DNA of 64,000 bases from an uncultured Chloroflexia bacterium (lineage in GTDB: Bacteria; Chloroflexota; Limnocylindria; Limnocylindrales; CSP1-4). Below, piece after piece: positions 43,271 to 53,651 of the stretch; position 1 is the first letter of the stretch, and each line of letters opens with the position of its first letter. Position numbers and translations under genes: made by a program. The notes below the pieces were generated by a model. It had not been told where the DNA came from. It worked only from the letters and a program-made list of their open reading frames with translations, and did no database searches. The stretch covers positions 335,338 to 399,337 of the forward strand of contig CAVUZY010000007.1 in NCBI GenBank assembly GCA_963746075.1, given 5' to 3'.

Positions 43271-44197
43271 ATGTCACCGGTGCAGGAAATGACCGCCGCT
43301 TCAGAGCTGCACGAAGCCCCGGACTGGCTGACTCAGTTGTGGCCGGGCGAACCCGTCGCGGTCGCCCGCCTCCGGTGGGGGTTCACGAACGAGTCCTGGG
43401 CCGTGACGCTCGCCGACGGCAGCCGCCTTGCCGTGACGCGGGTCGCCGACCCGATCACCGAGGAGACCGCAGCGCGCTCCCTGGTCGTCCTTCGGCCCCG
43501 GCTCGTCGCCGCAGGTCTTCCGCTCGCCATGCCCGTCGCCGGGTCGGGCGCGCGGCGCTGGCCGTCGGACATCCGCGTGAGCGAGTTGATCGAGGGGGTC
43601 GTCGGCGCGAGCCTGCTCGATGACCCGGGCGGCGGTCAGCTGGTCGGGCGGTTGTGCGGGCTGGCCGGCCGGCGGATCGCCGCGGTCGATCCCAGCAATG
43701 CGGGATTGCCCGACCTGTGGGCGACGGGCCGGCGCCTCGCGGAGGCCGCCCGGAGCTGGGCGGACGCCGTCGCGGCGGACCTTGAGCTGACCGAGCGAGC
43801 CGACCTTGCCGATGCGATTGCGGTCCTGCCGGATCGCCTCGCCGGAAGGCCGGTCGTGCTCGTTCACGGCGATCTGGTGCCCGTCAACATCGTCGTCCGC
43901 GACGGCCGGCTCGTCGGCGTCCTCGACCTCGAGACGCTCCGTCTCGCGGACCCACTGTACGATGTGGCCTGGTTCCGCCACATCCTCGGGTTCCACCATC
44001 CCGACGTCCTTGACGCCGCCTCGGACGGGTTCGTCGAAGCGGCCGGCAGCGACCCGCTGAATGCGGCCCATCTGGCGCTGATGGCACTGCTGCCGGTCAT
44101 CCGGATTCTCGAAATTCTGGCCGCGTTGTCCGCCGACGATCCTCGTCGAGCGGCATGGCTTCGCCAGCTGCGGGCCGCCCTCGGCCGTCCGCGCTAG
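43271..44197 (+). CDS. APH/choline-kinase-fold phosphotransferase
   Basis: Brenner motif VLVHGDLVPVNIVV and VLDLETL (catalytic loop and DxE/D). Confidence 0.75.
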   Translation: MSPVQEMTAASELHEAPDWLTQLWPGEPVAVARLRWGFTNESWAVTLADGSRLAVTRVADPITEETAARSLVVLRPRLVAAGLPLAMPVAGSGARRWPSDIRVSELIEGVVGASLLDDPGGGQLVGRLCGLAGRRIAAVDPSNAGLPDLWATGRRLAEAARSWADAVAADLELTERADLADAIAVLPDRLAGRPVVLVHGDLVPVNIVVRDGRLVGVLDLETLRLADPLYDVAWFRHILGFHHPDVLDAASDGFVEAAGSDPLNAAHLALMALLPVIRILEILAALSADDPRRAAWLRQLRAALGRPR

Positions 44198-44374
44198 GGG
44201 CCTTCGCGGATCTCCCGACGTCACCGGTTCGCATCCTTTTCGGGCCCCGCCCGGCGACGACCGCAACGCAGCCGTGCGCCCATTCTCGGGTCGGAGCGGG
44301 CCTCTGCGTGGGGCTCGCACCGCCAGCCCATGTTGCGGACCACCGCGACGCCCCTGGCGAGGAGGAGCGCATCG

Positions 44375-45604
44375 ATGGACTCTGGAGATACCGCGTGGAT
44401 GCTGATGTCCACGGCCCTGGTCATGATCATGCTGCCGGGGCTGGCGCTGTTCTATGGCGGCCTCGTTCGCCGCAAGAACGTGCTCTCCACGATCATGCAC
44501 AGCTTCTTCGGCCTGGCCATCGTGTCGGTGGTCTGGGTGCTGGTTGGCTTCTCGCTCGCGTTCGGGCCTGACGCCAACCTGTTCGGCGTCCCGGGCCTGA
44601 TCGGGAACCTCGACTTCGTCGGGTTCATGAACGTCGGGCTCGAGCCGAGCACGACCTATGCCACGACGATCCCCTTCGTCCTGTTCGCCGGCTTCCAGCT
44701 CATGTTCGCGGCGATCACGCCGGCCCTGATCACGGGCGCATTCGCCGAGCGGAAGCGGTTCGCCGCCTTCGTCCTCTTCACGATCCTCTGGTCGGTCGTC
44801 GTGTACTCGCCGGTCGCACATTGGGTCTGGGCCACCGACGGCTGGCTGTTCCAGCTCGGCGCCCTCGACTTCGCCGGCGGCACGGTCGTCCATGCCTCGT
44901 CCGGGGTGTCCGCCCTGATCGTGGCCCTCCTGATCGGCAAGCGCGTTGCGAGCGCCGAGAAGATCGAGCCCCACGACATCCCGATGACCGTCCTCGGCGC
45001 GGGCCTCCTGTGGTTCGGCTGGTTCGGCTTCAACGCCGGCTCGGCGGTCACGGCCGGCGGCCTTGCCGCGAGCGCGTTCATCGTCACGAACACGGCTGCC
45101 GCGGCGGCGACCCTCACCTGGGTCGGCGCGAGCTACCTGATGCACCGCAAGGTCAGCGTCGTGGGTGCGGCCTGCGGCGCCGTGGCCGGCCTCGTCGCGA
45201 TCACCCCGGCGTCGGGCTTCGTCACGCCGGGTGGCGCGATCCTCATCGGCCTCGCGGCCGGCGGCCTGTGCTACAGCGCGACCCTCCTCCGCGAGCGGCT
45301 CAAGATCGACGACGCGCTCGATGTGTTCGCGGTCCACGGCGTCGGCGGCGTCTTCGGGGCGGTCGCGACCGGCGTCCTCGCGACGGGTGCGATCCAGGCG
45401 AACTACCGCGGCCTGATCGACGGCAACGCCGGCCAGGTCGTCATCCAGCTGGCTGCGGTCGGCGCCGTTGTCGCCTACGCCGTCGTCGCGACCTTCGGGA
45501 TCATCAAGCTCGTCGACGCGATCCTCGGGATCCGGATCTCGGCTCGCGACGAGGAGCTCGGGATCGACCTCTCGACCCACGGCGAGGTTGCCTACCAGTC
45601 GTAG
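44375..45604 (+). CDS. amt: Ammonium transporter
   Basis: GGAGGAG Shine-Dalgarno. MDSGDTAWMLMSTALVMIMLPGLALFYGG, DFAGGTVVHASSG and VHGVGGVFGAV are Amt signatures. Confidence 0.93.
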   Translation: MDSGDTAWMLMSTALVMIMLPGLALFYGGLVRRKNVLSTIMHSFFGLAIVSVVWVLVGFSLAFGPDANLFGVPGLIGNLDFVGFMNVGLEPSTTYATTIPFVLFAGFQLMFAAITPALITGAFAERKRFAAFVLFTILWSVVVYSPVAHWVWATDGWLFQLGALDFAGGTVVHASSGVSALIVALLIGKRVASAEKIEPHDIPMTVLGAGLLWFGWFGFNAGSAVTAGGLAASAFIVTNTAAAAATLTWVGASYLMHRKVSVVGAACGAVAGLVAITPASGFVTPGGAILIGLAAGGLCYSATLLRERLKIDDALDVFAVHGVGGVFGAVATGVLATGAIQANYRGLIDGNAGQVVIQLAAVGAVVAYAVVATFGIIKLVDAILGIRISARDEELGIDLSTHGEVAYQS

Positions 45605-45662
45605 GCCGGCGCGGCGACGCCCTCCCGAGGCCAGCCGCTTCCGACCCGCGATCAACACCTCG

Positions 45663-45694
45663 ACCGACCGCCCGGCTCCTCCCGGGCGGTCGGT
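45663..45694 (+). terminator. 13-bp stem / 6-nt loop hairpin after amt
   Basis: ACCGACCGCCCGG-CTCCTC-CCGGGCGGTCGGT. No U-tract. Confidence 0.4.
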
Positions 45695-45738
45695 TCGACT
45701 CCCTCCCGATCCTCCGACCCAGCGACGGAGACCCAGCA

Positions 45739-48700
45739 ATGTCCCTCGAGCCACCACAGGAGTCCCGCCGCCGACGGCCTTCCGGAGCCCGGACGGGCGA
45801 TGCGCTCGCGCCGCTCTACGACCCCGCGTTCGAGCACGATGCCTGCGGGATCGGGTTCGTCGCCGACGCCGGCGGCCGCCGCCTGGCCGAGGTCCTGCCG
45901 CTCGGGCTCGGCGGCCTGGCGGCCCTCGCTCACCGCGGCGCGTTCGGAGCCGACGGTGCGTCGTCCGACGGCGCCGGCGTGTCGATCCCGCTCGATTCGA
46001 CCGTCGTCGAGGCGCTCGCGCCCCGCTCCGGCCTCGCCGCCGAGCGGCCGGCGATCCTCCAGCTCTTCCTGCCCCGCACCGGTCCGGGCAACCGGGGCGG
46101 GGCGGCTCGCCGGCTCGTCGCCGAGACGTTCGCCGCGGCGGGCCTCGAGATCGTCCGCTGGCGGACCGTCCCGACCGATCCGTCGGCGCTCGGTGGCGCC
46201 GCCCGTGCGTCCCGGCCCGCCTTCGTCCAGGCCTTCGTCCGGCGCCCCGTCCCGGCGGACGGCGCGCCGCTGGCCGACGCCGCCTTCGAGCGACGCCTCG
46301 TGATCGCCCGCCGCCGGCTCGAGACCGCGGCCCGTGCGACGACCTTCGGTGACGCGATCGCGATCCCTCGGCATCGTGCCGGACCATCGTGTACAAGGGG
46401 CTCGTCGCGGGCGGCCGTCTCGCCGACCTGTACCCGGATCTCCGGTTGCCCGGAATCCGCGTCCGCTACGCGCTCTTCCACCAGCGCTACGCCACGAACA
46501 CGCAGCCGACCTGGCGTCTCGCCCAGCCGTTCCGCGCGATCGCCCACAACGGCGAGATCAACACGGTCCGCGGCAACCGCTCGCAGGTCCGCGGCCGTGC
46601 CGGCGACCCGGCCGGCGTCGCTGCCGCCGAGCTCGCGGCGGCGGGGCCGCTCGTGAGCGACGCCGGCTCGGACTCACAGTCGCTCGACGAGCTGCTCGAG
46701 GTCCTCGTGACGACCGGCTGGGACCTCGGCACGGCGCTCCTGACGGCGATGCCGGAGGCGCTGGCCCTGCGCCGCGCGCCACATCCCCAGGTTGCGGCCC
46801 TCCGACGCCGGACGGCCGGCTACCTCGCGCCGTGGGACGGCCCGGCGGCGATCGTGTTCGGCGACGGCAAGCGGGTCGGCGCGATCGCCGACCGCAACGG
46901 CCTGCGCCCGACCGCCTTCGCCGTGGCGCGCGACGGCCTGGTGGCGGTCTGCTCCGAGGCCGGCGCCATCCCGCTGCCGCCCGAGGACACGATCCGGCGC
47001 GGCCGGCTCGGGCCGGGCGAGCTGTTCCTCGTCGATCCGGCTCGCGGGCTCGTCCTCGAGGACGTCGAGGCGAAGGCCCATCTCCTGCGCCGCCTCCCGA
47101 TCCACGATGCGCCGCGGACAGCCCACGTCGACCCGGCAGCCGGCGACGACGAATCCTCGATCGTGCTCGGCGGGCCACCGACCGGCGCGGATCTGCGGTT
47201 CCTGGCCGGCCTCCACGCCGAGAACGCCCGGCTCGACATCAAGACGATGGCGCTCGAGGGCCACGAGCCGCTCTGGAGCATGGGCGACGACACGCCGATC
47301 CCGGGCCTCGGCCGGATCGACCGGCCCGTCGCCGACCACCTCCGCCAGTCGTTCGCCCAGGTCACGAATCCGCCGATCGATCCGGAGCGCGAGCGGGCGG
47401 TCATGGACCTCCGGGTCGAGCTCGGCCGGCGGCCGGCGCTGCTCGGCGGACCGCCGGCGGGCTCGCGGACGATCCGGCTGGAGCGGCCGTTCCTCGCCGA
47501 CCTGCCAGCGCTCCTGCGTGCGTTCGGCGGACCGGTTCGGCGGCTCGATGCGACCTGGCCGGCGGCCGACGGCCCGGGCGGATTGTCCGCGGCCCTCGAT
47601 CGTCTCGCTGCGGAAGCCGTCGCCGCCGCCCGCGGCCGGACCGAGCTGATCGTCGTGAGCGATCGGGCGTTCTCGTTCGACCGGCTGCCGATCCCGTCCG
47701 TCCTGGCTGCCGGCGCCATCGATGCCGCGCTGAGCGCCGCGGGCCTGCGCGGCCGGGCCGACGTCGTCGTCGAGGCGTCCGACGTCCTCGATGTCCACGC
47801 GTCGGCGATGGTCCTGGCGGTCGGTGCCACCGGCCTCGTCCCGTGGCTGGCGATCGAGATGGCGGCCGAGCTCGCCGGCACGCGCGGCGCCGAGGAGCTC
47901 GACGCGGCAGCGACCGTCGCGAACCTCCTTGCCGCGTTCGACGCCGGCCTGCGCAAGACCCTCGCCCGGATGGGGATCAGCACCGCGTCGTCGTACATCG
48001 GCGGCAAGCTGTTCGAGACGCTCGAGCTCGACGAGGCGGTCCGCGCGCGCTGCTTCCCGGCGGCGCCGGCGTGGCCTGGCCGGGTCGGCTTCGCGGACCT
48101 CGCCGAGCGCCAGCTCCGGCGTCGCGCGGCCGCGATCGCGGTCGCCCCGGCGACGACCTCGAACAAGCTCCAGGACCCGGGGTTCGCCCGGTTCCGGGCC
48201 GACGGCGAGGTCCACCGCTACGCCCCGAAGATCGTCACCGAGATCCAGGCCCAGTCGGGGTTCGCGCCGCTCGACGTCGTGCCGGCTGCGCCCACGACCC
48301 CCGCGTCGGGCGGCCCGACGGTCGTTCGGGACGCCCTCCGCGTCCGGCGACCGCGCGGCGCTGCGCCGATCGCCCTCCACGAGGTCGAATCCGCGCGCTC
48401 GATCGTCCGGCGCTTCGTCGTCTCGGCGATGTCCGTCGGCGCCCTGTCGCCCGAGGCCCACCAGGCGCTCACGATCGGGATCCAGCGAGCCGGCGGCGCG
48501 GCCAACACCGGCGAGGGCGGCGAGGACCCGTCGTGGTACGTGCCGGGCGCCGACGGCGAGCGCCACGACGCCCGGATCAAGCAGGTCGCCTCGGCCCGGT
48601 TCGGGGTCACCGCCACGTATCTCGCCCGCGGCGAGCAGCTCGAGATCAAGATCGCCCAGGGCTCGAAGCCCGGCGAGGGCGGCCAGCTGCCGGCGAAGAA

Positions 48701-50339
48701 GGCGACGGCCTGGATCGCGGCGCTGCGTCGCGGCCAGCCGGGGATGAGCTACATCAGCCCGCCGCCGCACCACGACATCTACTCGATCGAGGACCTCGCC
48801 CAGCTGATCGCCGATCTCCGGGCGATCAACCCGGCCGCCCGGATCGGGGTCAAGCTCGTCGCGTCGCGCGGGGTGGGCACGATCGCGGCCGGCGTCGCCA
48901 AGGCCGGCGCGACGTACGTCCATCTCGCCGGCCACAGCGGCGGCACCGGCGCGTCACCGCTCAGCTCGATCAAGCACGTCGGCGCGCCGTGGGAGCTGGG
49001 CCTCGCCGAGGTCCACCAGACGCTGCTCCGGAACGATCTCCGCGACCGGGTCGCGTTGCGCACGGACGGCGGCCTGCGGACCGGGCGCGACCTGCTGATC
49101 GCCGCCCTCCTCGGGGCGGAGGAGTTCGCGTTCGGGACGGCGATGCTCGTCGCGGTCGGCTGCGACATGGCGCGCCAGTGCCACCTCGACACCTGTCCGA
49201 CCGGGATCGCGACCCAGCGCGAGGACCTCCGCGCCAAGTTCGCCGGAACGCCCGAGCAGGTCGAGCGGTTCGCTCTTGCCCTCGCCGAGAGCCTGCGCCT
49301 GGAGATGGCGGCGGTCGGCGCGCGGTCCGTGGGCGAGCTGGTCGGCGAGTCGCGCCGCTACCTCACGGTCGATCGCCGCGCCGCGACGCTCGATCTTGCC
49401 GCGGTCATCGGCGCCGGCCATTGGGCGGCGTCGACGGCCCGCCGCGCCGAGCCGGCGTCGGCCGGTCACGCCATCGATCGCGGTCACGCGAGCTCGCTCG
49501 AGCACCGGCTCGCCGGCGCGCTCCGCGGCCAGGCCGGCTTCCGGGCGGACGGCCTCGCGCTCTCGACGGCCGATCGCTCGTTCGGGGCAGGCCTGACCGG
49601 CGCGATCGAGCGGAACGAGCTCGCGGGACCGATCCATCTCGGCCTGCGCGGGGCCGCCGGCCAGTCGTTCGGCGCGTTCGCCGGTTCCGGCGTGGAGCTG
49701 CGACTGGTCGGACAGGCCAACGACTACGTGGCCAAGGGCCTCTCGGGCGGCGTCATCGTCGTTGCGCCGGAGCCTGGTCTCGCGGCCGAGCCGCATCGCC
49801 AGGCGATCGCCGGCAACACCTGTCTCTACGGCGCAACGGGCGGCCGGCTCCATGTCATCGGCCGTGCCGGGATGCGGTTTGCCGTCCGAAACTCCGGGGC
49901 ACGGGCGGTCGTCGAGGGCCTCGGGCCGCATGGCTGCGAGTACATGACCGGCGGCGCGGTCGTTGTGCTCGGACCCGTCGGCGCGAACTTCGGGGCGGGG
50001 ATGACCGGTGGCCGGGCCTACCTCTACGACCCCGACGGCCGCCATCTCGCGGCCCTCGATGCGCGCAGCGTCCAGGGAGCCCGAGTCTCGGCCGCGATCG
50101 CACAACGCGAGAACGGGGCCGCGCTCGGTGCGGAGCTGCGGGAGCTGCTCGAGGCCCATCGCGAGGCCGGCTCGGCGTTGGCGGCGCGTCTCCTCGCCGA
50201 TCGGGCGATCCTCGAGTCGAACGTCTGGCTGATCGAGCCACTGGCGGTCGCGGCGATCGCCCTGCCTGTGCCGGCAGAGCGCCCGATCGACGCCGCCCGA
50301 GCCGCCGTCCAGCCGGCGGAGGTTGCCGCCGCCGGCTGA
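45739..50339 (+). pseudogene. gltB: Glutamate synthase large subunit, frame interrupted at ~46366
   Basis: N-part FEHDACGIGFVAD (amidotransferase Cys) lies in the frame of ORF 44821..46656. The continuation SASCRTIVYKGLV... through the FMN, Fe-S and GXGXG domains lies in the frame of ORF 46389..50339. One base appears to be missing in a CCC run. Confidence 0.9.
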
Positions 50340-50356
50340 CGCCGTACCATCCGGGC

Positions 50357-50992
50357 GTGGGCGTCCTGGCGCTGGTCCTGCTCGTGGCCTGGCTCGCGAT
50401 CGTCGCCGTCTACCGCGGCGCCGTCCTGCACCGCCGGACGGGACGTGTCGCGCTCCGAGCCGGCGTCGCCGCGGGCACGCCCCAATGGTGGTCTCGGGTG
50501 CTGGGAACCATCGGACTCGGGCTCGGCGTGGCAGCGGCCCTCGCGGAGATCGCCGGGCTCGCGTCGTTCGGCCCGCTCGATCAGCCGGCGGTCGTCGCCG
50601 TCGGGGTCGCCCTGGTCGCGATCGGCACCGCCGGCACGATCGTCAGCCAGGTGGCGATGGGCGATGCGTGGCGTGGCGATGTGGATCCGACCGCTCGGAC
50701 CGATCTCGTCACCCAGGGACCCTTTCGTCTCGTCCGCAACCCGATCCTGACGATGACCTTCATCACCGTTCTCGGGATCGCCCTCATTGTCCCGAACGTC
50801 CTCTCCGCGTCGATGCTGCTCGCGTCCCTGGCCGCGCAGCAGATCCAGGTGCGCCTCGTCGAGGAGCCCTGGCTCCGGGAGGCGCACGGCGACGCCTGGC
50901 GACGATATGCCGCGTCGACGGGCCGCTTCGTGCCGGGGATCGGCCGGATCGCCGATCCCAAGTCAGCGGCTGGCTCCGTCCGGGACGGCTAG
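50357..50992 (+). CDS. Isoprenylcysteine carboxyl methyltransferase (ICMT)/PEMT-family membrane methyltransferase
   Basis: Four to five TM helices and the block LVTQGPFRLVRNPILT. GTG start 18 nt after the gltB stop. Confidence 0.7.
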   Translation: MGVLALVLLVAWLAIVAVYRGAVLHRRTGRVALRAGVAAGTPQWWSRVLGTIGLGLGVAAALAEIAGLASFGPLDQPAVVAVGVALVAIGTAGTIVSQVAMGDAWRGDVDPTARTDLVTQGPFRLVRNPILTMTFITVLGIALIVPNVLSASMLLASLAAQQIQVRLVEEPWLREAHGDAWRRYAASTGRFVPGIGRIADPKSAAGSVRDG

Positions 50993-51125
50993 ATCCGCAA
51001 CCCGAGCGCAACCGAGGCGAAACGCATTCGGTGCCCCTCACACCCGACCTCGGGGCGGATCATTGGTCGACCGCGCCGCGAGCGCGGTCTCGTCGTCTCC
51101 AATCCCGGAAAGCGAAGGCCGCCCG

Positions 51126-51365
51126 ATGATCCACCCGTCCGATCCCGAGACCCGGCGCCCGGTTGCTGTCCGCGACGGCCACGGCGCCCCCGTCACCTGT
51201 TCGACGTGCGGCTGTCGCCTGCACGCCGGAACAGCTGACAACGACATCGCCTGGTTCCACTTCAACCCGCTCGGCGGGCGCGACGCGCGCGGCTGTCGGG
51301 TCGACTGCGTCGACGCTCCGCATGATGTCGCGGGCTACCGCGCCGTGAGCCTCGCTCTCGCCTGA
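51126..51365 (+). CDS. Small Cys-rich hypothetical protein (79 aa)
   Basis: ATG is preceded by GAAGG. CSTCGC and CRVDC pairs suggest a zinc ribbon. High GC3. Confidence 0.4.
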   Translation: MIHPSDPETRRPVAVRDGHGAPVTCSTCGCRLHAGTADNDIAWFHFNPLGGRDARGCRVDCVDAPHDVAGYRAVSLALA

Positions 51366-51522
51366 CCGGGTCGTTCCCGACTGAACCGCGTTCGTCGCGC
51401 ATGCGTGGTCGAGCGCACGGCGGCCGCGAGCACCGGAGCGAGTGCACGCCTACGTGCGTGAGCGAGGAGCGCAGCGGCCAACGCCGCGATCGGCCGCGAA
51501 GGCGCGACAGCCGTTGGTGGCG

Positions 51523-52221
51523 CTACGCCCCTGCTTCGATGCGGTAGCCCACGCCCCGGACGGCCAGGATCTGGGGACCGCCGGCCGACTCGACCTTGGC
51601 CCGCAGGCGGGCGAGATGCGGCTTCAGCCAGAGCAGATCTGGGTCGGTCTCGGCCGGCCAGCCGGACCGGGCGAGGAGATGGTGCGGAACGATGTCGCCC
51701 GACGCCCGGACCAGCGCCTCGAGCAGGCGGAACTCGGTCGGGGTGAGGGTCAGCGCCGTCTCGCCCACGCGCGCCTCGTGCCGCGCCGGCTCGAGGATCA
51801 GGTCGCCGGCCGACACCGGCCCCGTCGACGCCCCCGCGGTCGAGCGATCGACCCGCCGCATCACGGCCGCGATCCGGGCCATCAGCTCGGCCTTGCCGAA
51901 CGGCTTGACGAGGTAGTCGTCGGCGCCCAGCCCGAGCGCCCGGACCTTCGCCTCCTCCGAGCTCTCGCCCGACACGACGAGGATCGGTGCCGCCCCGGCG
52001 GCCCGCATCTGGCCCGCCACCGTGAAGCCATCGGGCCCGGGCATCGCCAGGTCGAGCAGGACGAGGTCGGGCGACTCCTCGCGGAAGCGCTTGACGGCGG
52101 TCAGACCGTCGTAGGCCGTGATCACCTGGTGGCCCTCGGTCCCGACGAGGGCCGTGATGGCTCCGACCATCGCGGGATCGTCGTCCACGACGAGGATTCG
52201 GAGCGGGCGGGCGGCGATCAT
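51523..52221 (-). CDS. OmpR-family response regulator
   Basis: Receiver domain ILVVDDD...LVLLDLAMPG...ADDYLVKPF, plus a winged-helix C-terminus LTPTEFRLLEAL...VRGVGYR. Confidence 0.92.
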   Translation of the reverse strand: MIAARPLRILVVDDDPAMVGAITALVGTEGHQVITAYDGLTAVKRFREESPDLVLLDLAMPGPDGFTVAGQMRAAGAAPILVVSGESSEEAKVRALGLGADDYLVKPFGKAELMARIAAVMRRVDRSTAGASTGPVSAGDLILEPARHEARVGETALTLTPTEFRLLEALVRASGDIVPHHLLARSGWPAETDPDLLWLKPHLARLRAKVESAGGPQILAVRGVGYRIEAGA

Positions 52222-52272
52222 GACGACCTCATCGTGGCGGGCGGGCGCAAGGGGATGGCAGGAAGGGATGCA

Positions 52273-53550
52273 TCAGACGGCCGCCACGGCGGGCAGCGCG
52301 ACGACGAAGCGGGCGCCGGTCGGCTCGGCCGGCTCGACCCACAGCCGGGCGCCCATCGACTCGCCGAGGCGCTTGGCCGCGTACAGGCCGATCCCGGAGC
52401 CGCGCGCGGTGTGCGTCTCGCGCCGGGCGTACGGCTCGAAGATCCGCTCGCGCCACTCCTCCGGGACGCCCGGGCCCTGGTCGGTGACGCCGATCCGGAC
52501 GGAGCCTTCGACGAGGGCGTGGTCGATCGTGATCGTCGTGTCCGGCGGGGCGTACTTCACGGCGTTCTCGATCAGGTGCTCGAGAATCTGACGGAGACGC
52601 GGCGCATCGGCGAGGGCGTGGTGCCGGAGGCTCGTCCGGACATCGAGGTGATGGCCGCGGACGATCGGCCGGATCGACGCCACCACCTCCGCGATCGCCG
52701 CTTCGACGTCGGTCGGGGTCACCTCGGCGGCCTCGGCCGGGACGATCCGGACCGACGCCAGGATCGAGTCGACGAGGCGGTCGAGCCGCTCGACCTGGTC
52801 CATCGCGGCGTCGTGCCAGGCCTGGCGCTGGGCACGCCGGTCCGGGTCGCGCGACGGTCGGCCCTCGAGCGGCGGATCGTCGCCGAGGAGCTCGGTGTAG
52901 GCCCGGACGACGGCCAGCGGCGTCCGCAGCTCGTGGGTCACGAGGGCGATCAGCTCCGAGCGGGCCTCGTCGATCTGGCGGAGCTGCTCCAGCCGCTCCT
53001 CGGCCTCGGTCTGCTGGCGACCCTTCTCGACGATCCCGGCCAGGAGGTCGGCGATCGCCTGGAGCTGGGCGACGTCGGCGTCGGTGAAGTTCCGCTCGCG
53101 CTCGGTCTGGGCGTTGAGAACGCCGACGATCTGGTCGTTCCAGCGAAGCGGCACGCTCAGCATCGAGGCGATGAACCGGCGCTGGTCGATGCCGCGGACC
53201 CACAGGAAGCGCGGATCCGAGCGGACGTCGACGATGACCAGGGGCTCCCGGCCGGCGGCGACGCGACCGGTCACACCCTCCCCGAACGGTACCCGCGCCC
53301 GGCCGATCTGGTAGCGATCCAGGCCGTTCGTCGCCGCGAGGGTCAGGTAGGCTCCGTCCCGATCGAGCAGATAGAGCGAGGTGACGTCGGCGTGGAGCGC
53401 ATCGCGGGTCCCGTCCACCACGGTCTCGAGGAGCTCGTCCCAGGTCCGGGCCGTCGTCGCCAGGCGCGCGACCTGATGCAGGAACCGGAGCTGCTCGAGC
53501 TGATCCGGTCCGCTCCGATCGTCGATCTCGGGCGCCGCCATGGCGATCAC
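52273..53550 (-). CDS. GAF-domain sensor histidine kinase
   Basis: GAF domain (GEGVTGRVAAGREPL...), H-box LVTHELRTPL, and N/G boxes (ENAVKY, DQGPGV, GSGIGL). The start is GTG 53550 or ATG 53541. Confidence 0.9.
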   Translation of the reverse strand: MIAMAAPEIDDRSGPDQLEQLRFLHQVARLATTARTWDELLETVVDGTRDALHADVTSLYLLDRDGAYLTLAATNGLDRYQIGRARVPFGEGVTGRVAAGREPLVIVDVRSDPRFLWVRGIDQRRFIASMLSVPLRWNDQIVGVLNAQTERERNFTDADVAQLQAIADLLAGIVEKGRQQTEAEERLEQLRQIDEARSELIALVTHELRTPLAVVRAYTELLGDDPPLEGRPSRDPDRRAQRQAWHDAAMDQVERLDRLVDSILASVRIVPAEAAEVTPTDVEAAIAEVVASIRPIVRGHHLDVRTSLRHHALADAPRLRQILEHLIENAVKYAPPDTTITIDHALVEGSVRIGVTDQGPGVPEEWRERIFEPYARRETHTARGSGIGLYAAKRLGESMGARLWVEPAEPTGARFVVALPAVAAV

Positions 53551-53651
53551 GATACAAGCCTACGAGCGACCGGAGCCGCCGAAGGTTGCGGCCGCGGGCC
53601 GGGCGGGCTGCGGAACGGTCGCGTCGCAACCTTCGCCGGGGCGCGTCCGCC

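Noticed and set aside
44198-44374. Possible nitrogen-regulator (GlnR/NtcA-type) box upstream of amt, for example GTCACCGGTTCGCATC
   Set aside because: It matches the gTnAc-n6-GaAAc type consensus only partially, occurs once, and I cannot score it without a matrix.
4895-46374. Programmed ribosomal frameshifting or recoding as an explanation for the six frame breaks
   Set aside because: There are no slippery heptamers or downstream pseudoknot-like structures at any of the sites. The breaks are single-base changes at short C or G runs in unrelated genes, which is the signature of indel errors or simple mutations.
43301-50356. Very long alternative-frame ORFs (43301..46396 minus, 1031 aa; 46334..50992 plus, 1552 aa; 46674..48935 minus, 753 aa)
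   Set aside because: Their translations are Arg/Pro/Gly-dominated. They overlap amt and gltB, which have unmistakable signatures. Only the last 211 codons of the 46334 frame (the ICMT-like gene from 50357) are credible.
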